Notes under the pieces: model-generated | Databases searched by the model: none | The model's input: only the letters and a program-made list of their open reading frames with translations | Told to the model about the DNA's origin: nothing | Made by a program: the position numbers and the translations under genes | Shown: positions 1 to 11,544 of the stretch, piece after piece | How positions within the stretch are numbered: position 1 is the stretch's first letter | Layout: each line of letters opens with the position of its first letter | From: Takakia lepidozioides | Lineage: Eukaryota; Plantae; Bryophyta | NCBI GenBank assembly: GCA_030704615.1 | Contig: CM060732.1 | Location: forward strand, 11,532,001 to 11,596,000 | Direction: 5' to 3' | DNA length: 64,000 bases

Positions 1-108
1 CTCATAAAGAAAATCACTTAGATGTCTTCAAATATCGGCACAAGAACCAGTCAATCAGTAAAACAACCTCGAAGTGCGAGTGCCAGCAACAGTGGTGAAT
101 AGACCAGC

Positions 109-432
109 TTACCGACTTCTGCGGGAAGGCCGCGGGTCATATGATTTTGAGTAACCTTTTATGGTGACACTTTCATTCCCGGCTATGTCATCACCATCAA
201 CTTCAAGAACAAGATGTAAATTGTAGTATAGACCATACTTGTAGTCCTTGTTGCAGCAGATGTCATAGGTATCACCATCTTTCAGTGTGGTCAAGCATGA
301 AGTTGCTGCCTCCCCTTTTGCCTTGTCTAAACCATCTGAGGATTCTTCCAAAACTGGAGGAAGTACGCCGTCAGAGGATTCTATCAACGCCATAGGACGG
401 CCAGTCTTGTTGATAATTTTGGTCCCTTCCAT
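109..432 (-). CDS. Small hypothetical protein (107 aa)
   Basis: ATG-to-stop ORF with globular, beta-rich-looking composition (GTKIINKTGRPMALIE...LKDGDTYDI...VTIKG); no family confidently recognised. Confidence 0.35.
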   Translation of the reverse strand: MEGTKIINKTGRPMALIESSDGVLPPVLEESSDGLDKAKGEAATSCLTTLKDGDTYDICCNKDYKYGLYYNLHLVLEVDGDDIAGNESVTIKGYSKSYDPRPSRRSR

Positions 433-3400
433 ACCTCAATATCCCCTCTTTCTTCTCTTCACCACAGGAAAGATACTCCGGAGGTCGTAAATAGGAACTC
501 GACACTCAGTATTCTGGACCAAACAAATGTAGTTATGGTGTGCATCTTGTGGAAATGTTATAGAAAAGCACCTTGGCAGACATTTTCTCAATATGTGAAG
601 AGCAAGATTATCAATGTAATGAAGCACGTGGAGAGATAAATACAGTAGTTGAATACTTGTGCTCTCTTCTGCATGAGTTGGGAAAACATGTCATTACGCT
701 CGCTTGGGTTTATCGAAAGAGAGAGAGAGATGACGCCAACCATATTATTCTAACATACCTATCCATGTATGTGTCCATCTCTGTACTGCTACACTTGTCC
801 TAAATTCTTGCACATAGGTAACAGTGTGTCCGGGCGGTGGACATCTATCCAATCCTTGATATATATGGGTTAGTGATTTGAATGACACTTGTGGTTAGTG
901 TTCTTCTAATGTTCTTTAGAAGACCATTTGAACATTCCATTGCACAGAAAGAACCAACGAGACATCTGTCCTCTACAAAAATTCCAATGATCCAAAGAGT
1001 TCAACCTGGACGTCCAATCCTATGCCGCCTGTGCGTGATGCACATTTTTGTCCCGTCCCTCCATTTTTCTGGGTCGCCCCCTACCGAGTCTCTTGCTACA
1101 CGCTTCAATTCCACCACTCGCTCTTCTTGCCACCTCCTCTCTTACTTGATGCATACTCAGGTACGTGCTACAAACACTACTAGTATCTACACACGGGCGT
1201 CCCTCCACCTTGCTTAGCCCTCTAGGCTCTGGGGCGATAGCCACGCTCTTTTTCTATGAAGCATCTAGAAAGTTCACCTGTTAGCCCCGACTATAGCCAC
1301 GTCATTCCAATGCAGGCATCGCGCATGTCTACCCGGCACTTTGAGGCAGTCCAACGCATGTCCATTGGCCATTGCACGATTCTTTTTCGTTGACGTTGCG
1401 GTACACCTATATTATTTTCCAAGCTTAAATGTTTTTAAAACAAGGGAAACTGGGAGTCGCTGCCCACAATTCAGGCCCGTGCAAGAGGGGGAAAAGTAAG
1501 CCCCTTTCATTTATGAGCCGCACAGCCCTACCGCACGCACGAGGCCCACACACGCATCCCGAATCTGACCCGCGCTGTGCACGTAGCAGCCCATGTGGCC
1601 TCCTTTCAACCCCTAGTAACGTGCTAATAACTAGCGTAGTCAAGGAAGCCACACACTTGTCATCATTTCGTATTTACTGTGTCGGCAGCACAGTGGGCAC
1701 AGCACTGGGCCCTAATGCAATCATGCCTCGACGTGACCTCATGACCTCGGCGCGCGTCGTTGACTGAGCATTAACTACTTAGCCTATGTCACAGTGCGCA
1801 CCAGTTCCTCAAGTGGGCACATGGGGCGACACGGGCCAAGTGAGTGAATTGTAAGTGCTGAGTCGGGACATTGTACTGAGCTCTGCCCACGATCATGTCT
1901 CCTACTACTAGCTAGGGTTCACCCCTACTCCTAGGTTCGGGCAGCTTCAGCTGGGCAACGGGCGGGTTAGCAAATGAAATGAAAGAAGCCAACCGGAGTT
2001 TTAGTGTAAAAGAGGCAGTTACCAATCTTTTGAATGAATAAAACAGCTTGGGAACCCAAATTTGGAGCAGCTGCAGCCTGCCAGCTCTTGTGATCAAATG
2101 AGTCGGGCTGCTGAAACACAGATGGAGCTTTTAACCCGTTTTGGATGTACCTTAATCCCTAATGGACGAGGCTGTTTTTGGTGGGCCCACTCCAAAACAG
2201 CACATACCCTCACTGATGAGGGTATATCTCCCAGCTAAGAACCATCCACAGGGATGAACCGTATGAAAAGGACGCTACCTACCTCATGCACCTGCTGTAA
2301 GACTTTCAGCCCATTTCACCGTGTCATTAGGAAGATTATAACAAAATGGTAAGCTCTAAATCTGTCAATTTTAGAGGGAAAAATTGGTTTGACCAGGCAG
2401 TTGGACTGAAAAAATATTTATTCCTTGCAAGACCCCAACCACATTCCAATTCTCAAGAACCTAAAGCACCTTGCCCCAAATTTGCAAAGCAGAATTCCAA
2501 AGTCTGCATAGGGTTCCTTTGTATGGGAAAACAGGGGGGTCAAAAAGCACTATTTGCTTCAATTGACCTGTAATTCAGCCATAGGGGTCGAAATTTTCAT
2601 TGGAACCAGAATTCCAACGGTGGAATTGTTCCTCCTATGATTTCCTACTACCTCCAAAAAGAGTTTCTGAATTCTAACCAAAATGCAGGCAGAGATTTCT
2701 AAGTAGGTGTATTTCTACTTGAATCCTAGCTCAGGCCATGTATTGCCTGAGCCGGTAGACAATTCCGGCTACAGAAAGGGGGCTACGTCACCGATTGACA
2801 CAGAAAACTCGGGGACGCCAAAATCGACACCCAAAAAGGGCCCGGGAACGCCCGACGTTTTGGCGTTCCACCCGACAGGCAACTGAAAAACTAAGAACTA
2901 CCAACCGTCACGAATGTGGCCCATCTGTGTTCAAGCTCCCCGTGAGCTCCTGCTTTTCATTTTAATGTAGCGAACCCAAACCACACACCACCCTGAAGAC
3001 ATGATCCACGAACTGGGGGGGAGTTGAACCCCCCGATCTGCCCAGTGTGCAGATAGTTCCCCCCCCCCAAAACTGTGAAACCACCCAAACACAACGCACA
3101 CACGCCAACACTGAAGGACCCCCATCACCTCCACAGCCCCTCAACCAGCACTAGCAGATCCCCATCACCCCCATAGCCTGTGAACCATCACCAGCCCTTC
3201 CCCCATCACCAAAACAGCCCACAATGAGCAAGCAGCAGACCCCCATGACCCCCCCACTTTCAAAACTGCCCATCAACCAGCAGCAGCATGACCTCCACAC
3301 CCCTCCACTACCATTTAACCGTCACCACCAGCCCCCCATGACCCCCACTGCCCATCAACCAGCATGGACACACACAACCCCCCAACCTGAGAAAAACCCA

Positions 3401-3618
3401 TACCCACCACAGATTAGAGATACCCACACCCCACGCCCCACGCACACACGCCATCCACAGCCTCCAGCATACCTGCATGCAGTCCCACACCCTGGTGAAC
3501 CCCCACCCACACAAACATATGCACACACAAAGAAAGAAGACAGTGCAACAAGCCAGAATTCAGTCACCTCAAGGCATGCCGGTGTGCCTCATTTTTCGCC
3601 CAAGGCACAAGTGGTTGC

Positions 3619-4584
3619 CGTCGCGCGGCTTTTACTCACCCATCCCTTCGCTATTCGAGGCGGAAACTCCAAGATAGAAGAGTTGGAAATCTCTAAGTAC
3701 TCAGCCCGCGCAGAACAATCAGTCATGACCTACAACTAATGTATCATGGGGGTGTTCCCTATTTGTTTCCCTTTTGGTATTCATGTTAGCTATCTTACCA
3801 TTGATAATTAAGTATCAGTTTGTTTTATCAATCTATTGGATTCCATCAGCTCATCCATTCATTTCACAGCTTCACTCAGATCTCTCTACACAGTGTGATT
3901 GTATCGTAAAAGTATCCGATTATGATTTATCAGGTATCAGGCCGAAGCCATTGTGTCTCTAATCTGCTCTACAATATCATTACAGCCTTGCATATATCAA
4001 GCATCTACTCATCATCTCTCTATCTTCACTTCCGTTCTTCATCTCTGCCCGATCCCCTCTCCTCCATGACCAAGAAGTCCTCATCCGAATGATGTCCCTC
4101 AATTCCCCGTTTCTCCCTTTATCTTCCTATCCGTGGTTCTAACCGTTTCCCTCACTAACCGTCGTCTGTGAACTAACATGTTCCCTTCGCAGGTGTTGTT
4201 TCCCCACAGTCGTTCCCTGTCCTACTCTTCGTTCCCTATGATCGTGACAGCTGTGTCAAGCTGTGACTGGCTGTGTGAACTGTGACGGGCTGTGACTGGC
4301 TGTGCGACTGTGTTTGGCTGTGTCGGGCTGTGACTGGCTGTGTGGCTGTGCCGGGCTGTGTCGGCTGTGACGACTGTGACGGGCTGTGTTGGCTGTGTCG
4401 GCTGTGTCTGCTGTGACGACTGTGACGGGCTGTGTTGGCTGTGTCGACTGTGACGACTGTGTAACCCCCCTCTACAGTGCGCTGCTGTCACCCCTAAGGC
4501 TCCTGTTGGTCTCAGTCTGTGCAAAAATTAAGGGTACCCTACAGATCCCGTATAAGTGTCTAAGTCCCCGACAGTCCTCTAACC
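3619..4584 (-). repeat. 3' LTR (~966 bp)
   Basis: Direct repeat of 12133-13144; differences seen: terminal bases, one substitution near 4083 and minisatellite copy number. Confidence 0.93.
4243..4461 (+). repeat. Degenerate GGCTGTG(AC) minisatellite inside the LTR (longer copy at ~12758-13021)
   Basis: Runs of ctgtg/ggctgtgac; accounts for the ~46-bp length difference between the LTRs. Confidence 0.85.
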
Positions 4585-6914
4585 TTTTTGACGTTGAGAG
4601 TTTCGTGGCGGACTGTGTGTACGAGCCCGAGGTCTGTCTCTGGTTGACGGAGATGGTTGATCACTACCTGGATAAGTGAGGCCCTCTGGAGGCTGATATC
4701 GAGGTAACCTTTCCGGCATAGGAGACCCCCGTCGCTTCTTCTCTGCCATCTGAACTGCATAGTCTTCTCCCATGTCAAAAGAATTCGGTGAAGAAACAGT
4801 TGTATCAGAATCCTCCTTCTATCGCCATGCCAAATGTCGCGCCCTGACCTCCACGTGTCTATTTTTAAAGTAATTTCCGTTTTCTCTTCCGTCAGCCATT
4901 TTTTTGAAGTTATTATGCGTCCACTTGTCACTGATTCTATGGATCGTGTAACTTTAGTAGGCTGTGTTGAGCTGTGACAGGCTGTGTCATACTGTGTTAC
5001 GCTGTGATAGGCTGTGATGCACTGTGGTAAGCTGTGATAGGCTGTGACACGCTGTGGTAGGTTGTGATAGGCTGTGTTGCGCCGTGCTGGGCTGTGATAG
5101 GCTGTGTCACGTTGTGATGGGCTGTGATAGGCTGTGTCACGTCGTGATGGGCTGTGATAGGCTGTGATTTGCCTTGATGGGCTGTGATAGGCTATGTCAC
5201 GTCGTGATGGGCTGTGATAGGCTGTGTCACGTCGTGATGGGCTGTGATAGGCTGTGCTTTGCCTTGATGGGCTGTGATAGGCTATGTCACGTCGTGATGG
5301 GCTGTGATAGGCTGTGTCACGTCGTGATGGGCTGTGATAGGCTGTGCTTTGCCTTGGTGGGCTGTGATAGGCTGTGTCACGTTTGTTTTGCCCGCCCTGG
5401 TCATATATGATGGGCCTAGCGACAAGTGCTCCATACTCCGTTCGTAACACTGGTGCAGCCCGTGACTGCTCTTGCGGTTCAACATGCAAATCATGCTGCA
5501 AGGGTTTGTCATGGATACCACTGTACCCCTTCAACTTATTTGCATTGACTCTTCCCAACATTTCTTTGTTAATGGTTTGTAACATGGCGGTGTTGTTATC
5601 ATACATCTTTTGTATGACATAAGGTCCTTTCCATGGTGATTTAAGCTTAGAAGCTTGAATCTTTCCTTTCTTCTGCAACCATAGAACCAAATCCCCCGTC
5701 TTAAAAGTCTTTAACTTGCCTTCATCAAACTGTTCCTTTCGCTTCATCTGAATTCTGGTCATATTATCAGCTGCATCAGCACGTACTTCTTCCACATGGT
5801 ATAATTCATGTTTCCTGACCTTGATGGAGTCTTGCAATTCCATTCTTTTTCCCCACTCCGTTCTCATGGTAGGTAACAGGAATTCCACTGGAAGTAAGGC
5901 TTCCATACCATAAACTAATTGGAATGGTTTATACTTAGTGGTGACTTTATATGAAGTCATGTATGACCACAAAGCTGTCAGCAGCTTTGTATCCCAATCC
6001 GTTCTGTTTGCATTGACTATCTTAGCCAAGATAGTACATAGTATTTTGTTGGTAGCCTCTGCCTGCCCATTACCCTGTGGGTAATATGTTGTACTCTTTC
6101 TATGCACAATCATAAACTCTTTAGTCAACAACTCAATGGTCTCATTCATGAAGTGACTTCCTTGATCACTGATAAATTCTAAGGGACAGCCAAATCGTGT
6201 AAGTATGTTCTCGTACAGGAACTTTGCTGTGGACTTGGCTGTGTTGTCCCTCAAAGCTTTAGCTTCCACCCACTTTGTAGTATAATCAGTGGCTGTAATT
6301 ATGTACCTGTTTCGTGTATTTTTGGATGGTGGGTTAATTGGTCCAACAAAGTCTAGTCCCCATTTCTGAAATGGTTCCGTAGGCATTGTAGGATGCAAGG
6401 CCATCCTTCCAGATCTCTGCAAAGGTCCTAGCCTCTGACATTCATCACACTTCTGACAATATTCGTGTACATCTTTGAACAAAGTAGGCCACCAGTATCC
6501 TGCGAGTAGTATCTTTCTACTGGTAGTCTCTTCTCCAAAATGACCTCCAGCCACTCCTTTATGAACTTCCACCAAAACTTTATTTACTTCATGGTGGTAC
6601 AAGCATCGTTTTAGTACTCCATCAGGTCCTAACTTATACATACTGCTTCCTACCATAGTATAAGGTAAGGCTTTGATAGCGATTCTCTTCCTCTGCTCCT
6701 TACCATAACTAGGTGGGCACTGACCATGAGCAAGGTAGTATCTGATTGGCCACTGCCAATCTAACCAGTCATCTGCACTTCCCTGCACCTCCACTGCAAA
6801 GAGACTCGCATCTGGTAATTGATCATCTATTCCTGTGGCTGGTTCTCCTGTTGACAATCGTGACAAATGATCCGCCACAAGATGCAGTCTCCCAGGCTTG
6901 TAAACAACCTCGAA
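4560..6914 (-). CDS. Integrase region of pol (HHCC zinc finger, DDE core, GPY motif, repetitive C-terminal tail)
   Basis: H(KGVAGG)H...CDEC; WGLDFVGP, ISDQGSHF, GNGQAE; WKGPY; separated from RT/RH by an in-frame TAG at 6915-6917; ORF runs into the 3' LTR. Confidence 0.92.
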   Translation of the reverse strand, partial: FEVVYKPGRLHLVADHLSRLSTGEPATGIDDQLPDASLFAVEVQGSADDWLDWQWPIRYYLAHGQCPPSYGKEQRKRIAIKALPYTMVGSSMYKLGPDGVLKRCLYHHEVNKVLVEVHKGVAGGHFGEETTSRKILLAGYWWPTLFKDVHEYCQKCDECQRLGPLQRSGRMALHPTMPTEPFQKWGLDFVGPINPPSKNTRNRYIITATDYTTKWVEAKALRDNTAKSTAKFLYENILTRFGCPLEFISDQGSHFMNETIELLTKEFMIVHRKSTTYYPQGNGQAEATNKILCTILAKIVNANRTDWDTKLLTALWSYMTSYKVTTKYKPFQLVYGMEALLPVEFLLPTMRTEWGKRMELQDSIKVRKHELYHVEEVRADAADNMTRIQMKRKEQFDEGKLKTFKTGDLVLWLQKKGKIQASKLKSPWKGPYVIQKMYDNNTAMLQTINKEMLGRVNANKLKGYSGIHDKPLQHDLHVEPQEQSRAAPVLRTEYGALVARPIIYDQGGQNKRDTAYHSPPRQSTAYHSPSRRDTAYHSPSRRDIAYHSPSRQSTAYHSPSRRDTAYHSPSRRDIAYHSPSRQITAYHSPSRRDTAYHSPSQRDTAYHSPARRNTAYHNLPQRVTAYHSLPQCITAYHSVTQYDTACHSSTQPTKVTRSIESVTSGRIITSKKWLTEEKTEITLKIDTWRSGRDIWHGDRRRILIQLFLHRILLTWEKTMQFRWQRRSDGGLLCRKGYLDISLQRASLIQVVINHLRQPETDLGLVHTVRHETLNVKKVRGLSGT
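4965..5380 (-). repeat. 30-bp coding tandem repeat (TAYHSPSRRD)n in the integrase tail
   Basis: About 13 units of gctgtgataggctgtgtcacgtcgtgatgg-like sequence, all in frame. Confidence 0.9.
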
Positions 6915-9900
6915 CTAAAACTCGTGCAAGATTATCAACCATCTTGCTATTCTTCCGCTTATCAGAGGTTTGTTTACCAGGTATATCAGAGCCTGGTGAT
7001 CCACATAGAACATAAACTTCTTGCCCAACAGGTAATGCTTGAATTTCTTCACTGCATAGATCATTGTCAATGCTTCTCTTTCCATTGTGCTATAGTTCCT
7101 CTCAGCACTGTTCATCAACCGGCTAGCATAGTACACAGGTGAATCTATATTCCCTGTAACATTCTGGGCTAACACCGCTCCCAACGCTTCTCCTGATGCA
7201 TCGCAGTGAACATGGAATACTACATGCCAGTGAGGGTTAATCATCACAGGTGTAGTTGTTACTGACAGTGTAAGTTCCTCAAATGCCTGTTGACATTCAG
7301 CTGTCCAGGCAAACACTGCATCTTTCTTCAGTAGTTTGCTTAATGGTGCTGCTATTTGTGCATACCTTTTGACATATCTTCTTTTATAACTGGTTTGCCC
7401 AAGGAATCTCCGTAGACTTTTAACATTCACTGGTGGTGGAGAGGCTTTAATGGACTCTGTCTTTTTGGGATCCACAAGGAGTCCCTTCTTACACACAATG
7501 TGTCCCAGAAGCACCCCTGAGTTCACACAGAAAGTACACTTCTCTGGATTCAGGCCCAGACCTCTCATCCTGCATCTGGCCAAACATAACTCCAATTTAT
7601 GCAAGTGCTCACTCTTAGAGCTGTACACACTGAAATCATCCAAGAATACCTGCATGAAATCATCCAGATACTCATGAAAAGATTCACTTATCACTCTCTG
7701 AAAGGTCGCTGGTGCATTACAAAGTCCAAAGGGCATGACTTTGTATGCATAAGCCCCCCAGTCTGTGATGAAAGCTGTTTTCCCTTGGTCTTCTTCTGCC
7801 ACTTGCACTTGATTATAACCACTGAAGCCATCCATGAATGAGTACATCTCATGGCCTGCCACAGTGTCTAATACTGCTTCTGTGAATGGCAAAGGGAAAG
7901 GATCTTTCTTCGTACAAGCATTCAGCTTCTTATAGTTCACACATACTCTTAGTTTGCCATTCTTCTTGGGAACTATAACAATGGGTGACAACCAAGTTGT
8001 ATACTCTATTGGGTATATAAACTTAGCCTCAGCCAACTTCTTTATCTCTTCTCCAACCTTCTGTGCGTAGTTGGGATTCATTCTATACCGCGCCTGCTTG
8101 ATTGGTACTGACCCTGGTTCCAGTTCAATCTTAGGTTGACAGACTTCAGGTGGTATCCCTTTTAGATCCTCATAGCTCCAAGCAAATACATCTCTGTATT
8201 TGATGAACAAGCTTTTAGCTTCTTCGAAGAACTCCGGCTCCAAATCAGCTCCTACTTTCACCATCCTCGGTTCCTCTTTAGTTCCCACATTTACTTCCCT
8301 CACCTGCTCATCAGCTGTGATTGTCCAACCAGTCACCACTTCATCCTGTAAGCTCACAGTGGTTGGTTCTTCTAGGATTTCTATTTCTCCTTCTCTTTCT
8401 TCATAGAAATGTGATGGGTAAATGTTGGTTTCCTCTTCAGTTGGTGTTGCTGTCACTACACCACAACAGATACCTCTCAAACAACTTAGGCTTTCCAGCC
8501 GCATCTCTACAACCTGCTCCCACTCTGGGTGTGCAACAAATAGGGTAGCTTCCTGCTCCTCATCCAGTCCTCCTTTCCAGTCATACTCTCTGACTCCTCG
8601 AGGTCTTCTTGTAGCAGGTAATCTACTAGATTTCTTTGTGGTAATTTGTATCTCGTGTATCCCATTATGCACGGTTAGTAACTGAGAATTCCAGTCATGG
8701 AATACCCTGGCCTGTTTCAGCCACGGACGTCCCAATAATAAGAAGTAAGCCTCCATGACTTCATCCATTTTTAATACAGTTACTGTGATCATAAAGAACA
8801 TTTTCTGTATCTGTATCTTAACTCCTCTTATTAATCCCAATGGCTGTACACTTCTTTGATCTGCCATTATTACTGTAAATGGGGCTGGTTTCATGTTACT
8901 TAGACCAAGCTTCTTTCTTAATTGGTCTGTCATGATATTTACTCCAGAACCTCCATCTATCAGTACATCAGTTAGTTCTGTGCTTCCAATTCTCAATTGG
9001 ATTACTGGCATAGAATCATCAAAGTCCATGACTGTTTCTCGCCCTTCCGGCTTCACATTATAACTGGTCACCTTGCTGTTCAGGTCTGTGTTTCCTGTCT
9101 CTTGGGCAATTCGATTGATTGCTTGATACAGCCTGTGCCTACAATAAGGTGCCACAGCTAATAGCTGTCCAATGGTAATTTCTGCTTTGGTCTGATATAT
9201 TACTTCAGCCAAAGTCTCTTCATTACTTTGCATGTCTGCATCTTCTTTTTTCCTTTCTTCCTCACTCCCTTCTTTTTCTCCATCCGAATCAGAGGAATCT
9301 GCCACAGGAATATCAGTACTCTTTTGCATTTCCCTTATAGTATCTGCCACTTCCTTGTGCAGTTCCTTCTCATCTTTCCAAGTCTCTTCATCTTCAGGCA
9401 TATCATTGCCACTTCCATTCTCATCTTCTTCCTCTTCTACTGGAGGTATTAGTTTGGCTTTACTTCTTGTTACTATCATTGTACTTACTTCTGGTACAAC
9501 ACATGGCCTAACCATGTGAGCTGCCACCACTGGGCCCTTATTCATAGGAGCTCTCATCTCATTCTGGTGTCTTATCCAGAATGAACGGGCTGCCTTGCGA
9601 TGTCCTGGCTGATTACAATAGTAACATAGCTCTTCACCATTGGGTCCTCGCCCTTGGTCTGTTCTTGGATTATTTCTATAATCCTGATTCCCGGGCTGGT
9701 AATTCCCCCTTGGATTACCCTGATAGTTGCCTCTGGAATTTCCTTGGTAATTCCCTCTTGAATTACCTCTCCCTTCCATGCCATTGTTATAACCACCAGA
9801 CCTACCATAGTGGTCCTGATCATTGTTTCTTCTTGGCTGGGGCTGCACCTGATGCACCCTTACTTGCCTAGGTTCTCTTGCAGCTGTCCTTCTGTTGTAG

Positions 9901-10079
9901 TAACAATTCTCAGTAGAATGGTTATCCATTTTACAGATAGTACAGTGTTTCTCCTTCATGTGGCATTCTGTGGTGGTATGGCCTTCATTCTGGCACTTTG
10001 CACACCATACACCCTTCCTCCAATGTGTTGCAGCCTCTGTGGCATACTTCTTCAAGATTTCTTCCAATTTTTTTTTCAT
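6915..10079 (-). CDS. Gag zinc knuckles + aspartic protease + reverse transcriptase + RNase H
   Basis: CAKCQNEGHTTTEC, CTICKMDNHSTENC; VLIDGGSGVN; MDGFSGYNQ, MPFGLCNAPATFQ, VFLDDF; HCDAS...AERNY...YVDHQAL. Confidence 0.95.
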   Translation of the reverse strand: MKKKLEEILKKYATEAATHWRKGVWCAKCQNEGHTTTECHMKEKHCTICKMDNHSTENCYYNRRTAAREPRQVRVHQVQPQPRRNNDQDHYGRSGGYNNGMEGRGNSRGNYQGNSRGNYQGNPRGNYQPGNQDYRNNPRTDQGRGPNGEELCYYCNQPGHRKAARSFWIRHQNEMRAPMNKGPVVAAHMVRPCVVPEVSTMIVTRSKAKLIPPVEEEEDENGSGNDMPEDEETWKDEKELHKEVADTIREMQKSTDIPVADSSDSDGEKEGSEEERKKEDADMQSNEETLAEVIYQTKAEITIGQLLAVAPYCRHRLYQAINRIAQETGNTDLNSKVTSYNVKPEGRETVMDFDDSMPVIQLRIGSTELTDVLIDGGSGVNIMTDQLRKKLGLSNMKPAPFTVIMADQRSVQPLGLIRGVKIQIQKMFFMITVTVLKMDEVMEAYFLLLGRPWLKQARVFHDWNSQLLTVHNGIHEIQITTKKSSRLPATRRPRGVREYDWKGGLDEEQEATLFVAHPEWEQVVEMRLESLSCLRGICCGVVTATPTEEETNIYPSHFYEEREGEIEILEEPTTVSLQDEVVTGWTITADEQVREVNVGTKEEPRMVKVGADLEPEFFEEAKSLFIKYRDVFAWSYEDLKGIPPEVCQPKIELEPGSVPIKQARYRMNPNYAQKVGEEIKKLAEAKFIYPIEYTTWLSPIVIVPKKNGKLRVCVNYKKLNACTKKDPFPLPFTEAVLDTVAGHEMYSFMDGFSGYNQVQVAEEDQGKTAFITDWGAYAYKVMPFGLCNAPATFQRVISESFHEYLDDFMQVFLDDFSVYSSKSEHLHKLELCLARCRMRGLGLNPEKCTFCVNSGVLLGHIVCKKGLLVDPKKTESIKASPPPVNVKSLRRFLGQTSYKRRYVKRYAQIAAPLSKLLKKDAVFAWTAECQQAFEELTLSVTTTPVMINPHWHVVFHVHCDASGEALGAVLAQNVTGNIDSPVYYASRLMNSAERNYSTMEREALTMIYAVKKFKHYLLGKKFMFYVDHQALIYLVNKPLISGRIARWLIILHEF

Positions 10080-11523
10080 AGTTATCCCTCTTCAACTTCT
10101 CCTTTCTCTTACTCTTTCTTTTTAGTTCTTGCTCTTCTTCTTCATCTGACTCATCCTCAGAGTCCTCATCTTCTTTTTTCTCTCTCCTGAGCATTCCCAA
10201 TTGCTCAATTCTGTTCGCAGTTTCAAATGCCTCCTCCACTGTATTATGGGGTAACATATCCACTTTCTTTTGCAACTCTGGTCTTAGTCCACTCACAAAC
10301 CAAGTCTTCTGTAAACCGGGCGCTGGTACTGCAGCCAGCTTTTTCATCATCAATTCCATCTTCTCCATATACTCTTCAACATTTTCATGCTTCTTCTGCT
10401 TCAGCTGTTGTAAACTTCCATACACTTCATCCTCAGTTTTACTTGTCCTGAACCTATTTCGAAATGCTGTATTCAAGCCATTCCAGGTTAGGAAATGATT
10501 ATCAGGGAATCTTGCATACCATTCACTTGCTTTCTTGATAAATGAACAAGGAAACAGTCTCATCTTGGCATCATCGCCATTCTCATTGTTCACTATACAC
10601 ATGTGCTCAAATTGGCTAATGTGTACATCGGGATCCCCTTTTCCTGAATATATTGGAAATGGTGGTTTTGCCCGTGTTGATTGTAACGCCATCTGTGGCC
10701 CTACCTTCTGCCCACTGACAGGTGCTGGCACCCTTGCTGGTGCTGGTCCTTCTGGACCTGTTGTTTTTGTGGTGGATCTTCCACCAAGTGGTGGCCCTTG
10801 AGCACTCCCTGCTTCTGGCCCCACGATATTCACAGTATTCCCAGCTTCAGTTGCACTACTTCCCACACTCCCTGTCCCCCCAGAGCCAGATCCAGGCAGC
10901 CCGCCTGATCCCCCTGAGCCGACACCTTCGTTGGCCTGTGATCCAAGTGCTCCACTTGATCCAGGTCCAACGGGTTGGGATGTCCTGGCTGTAGTCTCAA
11001 CCTCAGCTGTTGGGTCTACTTCTTCATATTCTTCCTCTTCTAATTTCTTCTCTCTGTTTTCATCCTCCAAGTTCTGCCCTTGGGTTTCTTCTTCACTCAT
11101 GTAACTCAACTGTAATGGTGTTGGAGAGTCTAAACTCTCCGTTGGCTCTGCCACATCCTCTTCTCCTTCTTCACCTTCTGCTTCAGAAACTGGAGTTCCT
11201 GCTTTTGGTGTTCCATGCCAACTCTTATCAAAGATTTCTGTCAAGTCTTTTATCCAAGGATGTACCTCAGATCTTTCACCTCGTGATTGATCTTCTTCCT
11301 GTACCAATTCCCTTAATCTTTCTTGCAAAGAAACAGAAGGAGTGGCATCCAACTCTAGTTCTTCCAGTATAGGTGATGCACTCTTTGATCTTAATGGTGT
11401 GAGAGGTCCAGATGATTCCCCTATGTCTATTCCTCTCTCCCAAAGATATGGATAATTAGCTTTCAGATAGCTTTCTCTTTTTGCTGAATATCTCTGTCGT
11501 CTAGCTTCTCTTTCATCACTCAT
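9985..11523 (-). CDS. Gag N-terminal/capsid part, joined to the next ORF by a frameshift in an A-run (~10068-10077)
   Basis: Retrotrans_gag-like core (FPIYSGKGDPDVHISQFE...KMRLFPCSF...ASEWY...LKQKKHENVEEY...FVSGLRPELQ). Confidence 0.88.
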   Translation of the reverse strand: MSDEREARRQRYSAKRESYLKANYPYLWERGIDIGESSGPLTPLRSKSASPILEELELDATPSVSLQERLRELVQEEDQSRGERSEVHPWIKDLTEIFDKSWHGTPKAGTPVSEAEGEEGEEDVAEPTESLDSPTPLQLSYMSEEETQGQNLEDENREKKLEEEEYEEVDPTAEVETTARTSQPVGPGSSGALGSQANEGVGSGGSGGLPGSGSGGTGSVGSSATEAGNTVNIVGPEAGSAQGPPLGGRSTTKTTGPEGPAPARVPAPVSGQKVGPQMALQSTRAKPPFPIYSGKGDPDVHISQFEHMCIVNNENGDDAKMRLFPCSFIKKASEWYARFPDNHFLTWNGLNTAFRNRFRTSKTEDEVYGSLQQLKQKKHENVEEYMEKMELMMKKLAAVPAPGLQKTWFVSGLRPELQKKVDMLPHNTVEEAFETANRIEQLGMLRREKKEDEDSEDESDEEEEQELKRKSKRKEKLKRDNYEKKIGRNLEEVCHRGCNTLEEGCMVCKVPE

Positions 11524-11544
11524 GTCCCATGTCTTTCATTTCTT

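Noticed and set aside
900-2150. Possible older element hosting the piggyBac, continuing at 15823-16900
   Set aside because: No termini, repeats or coding motifs found
3224-3739. 171-aa Pro/His/Thr-rich ORF
   Set aside because: Arises from C/A-rich low-complexity sequence and crosses the LTR junction
10060-10080. Programmed gag-pol ribosomal frameshift
   Set aside because: The shift lies upstream of the gag zinc knuckles in a homopolymer run; an indel is more likely
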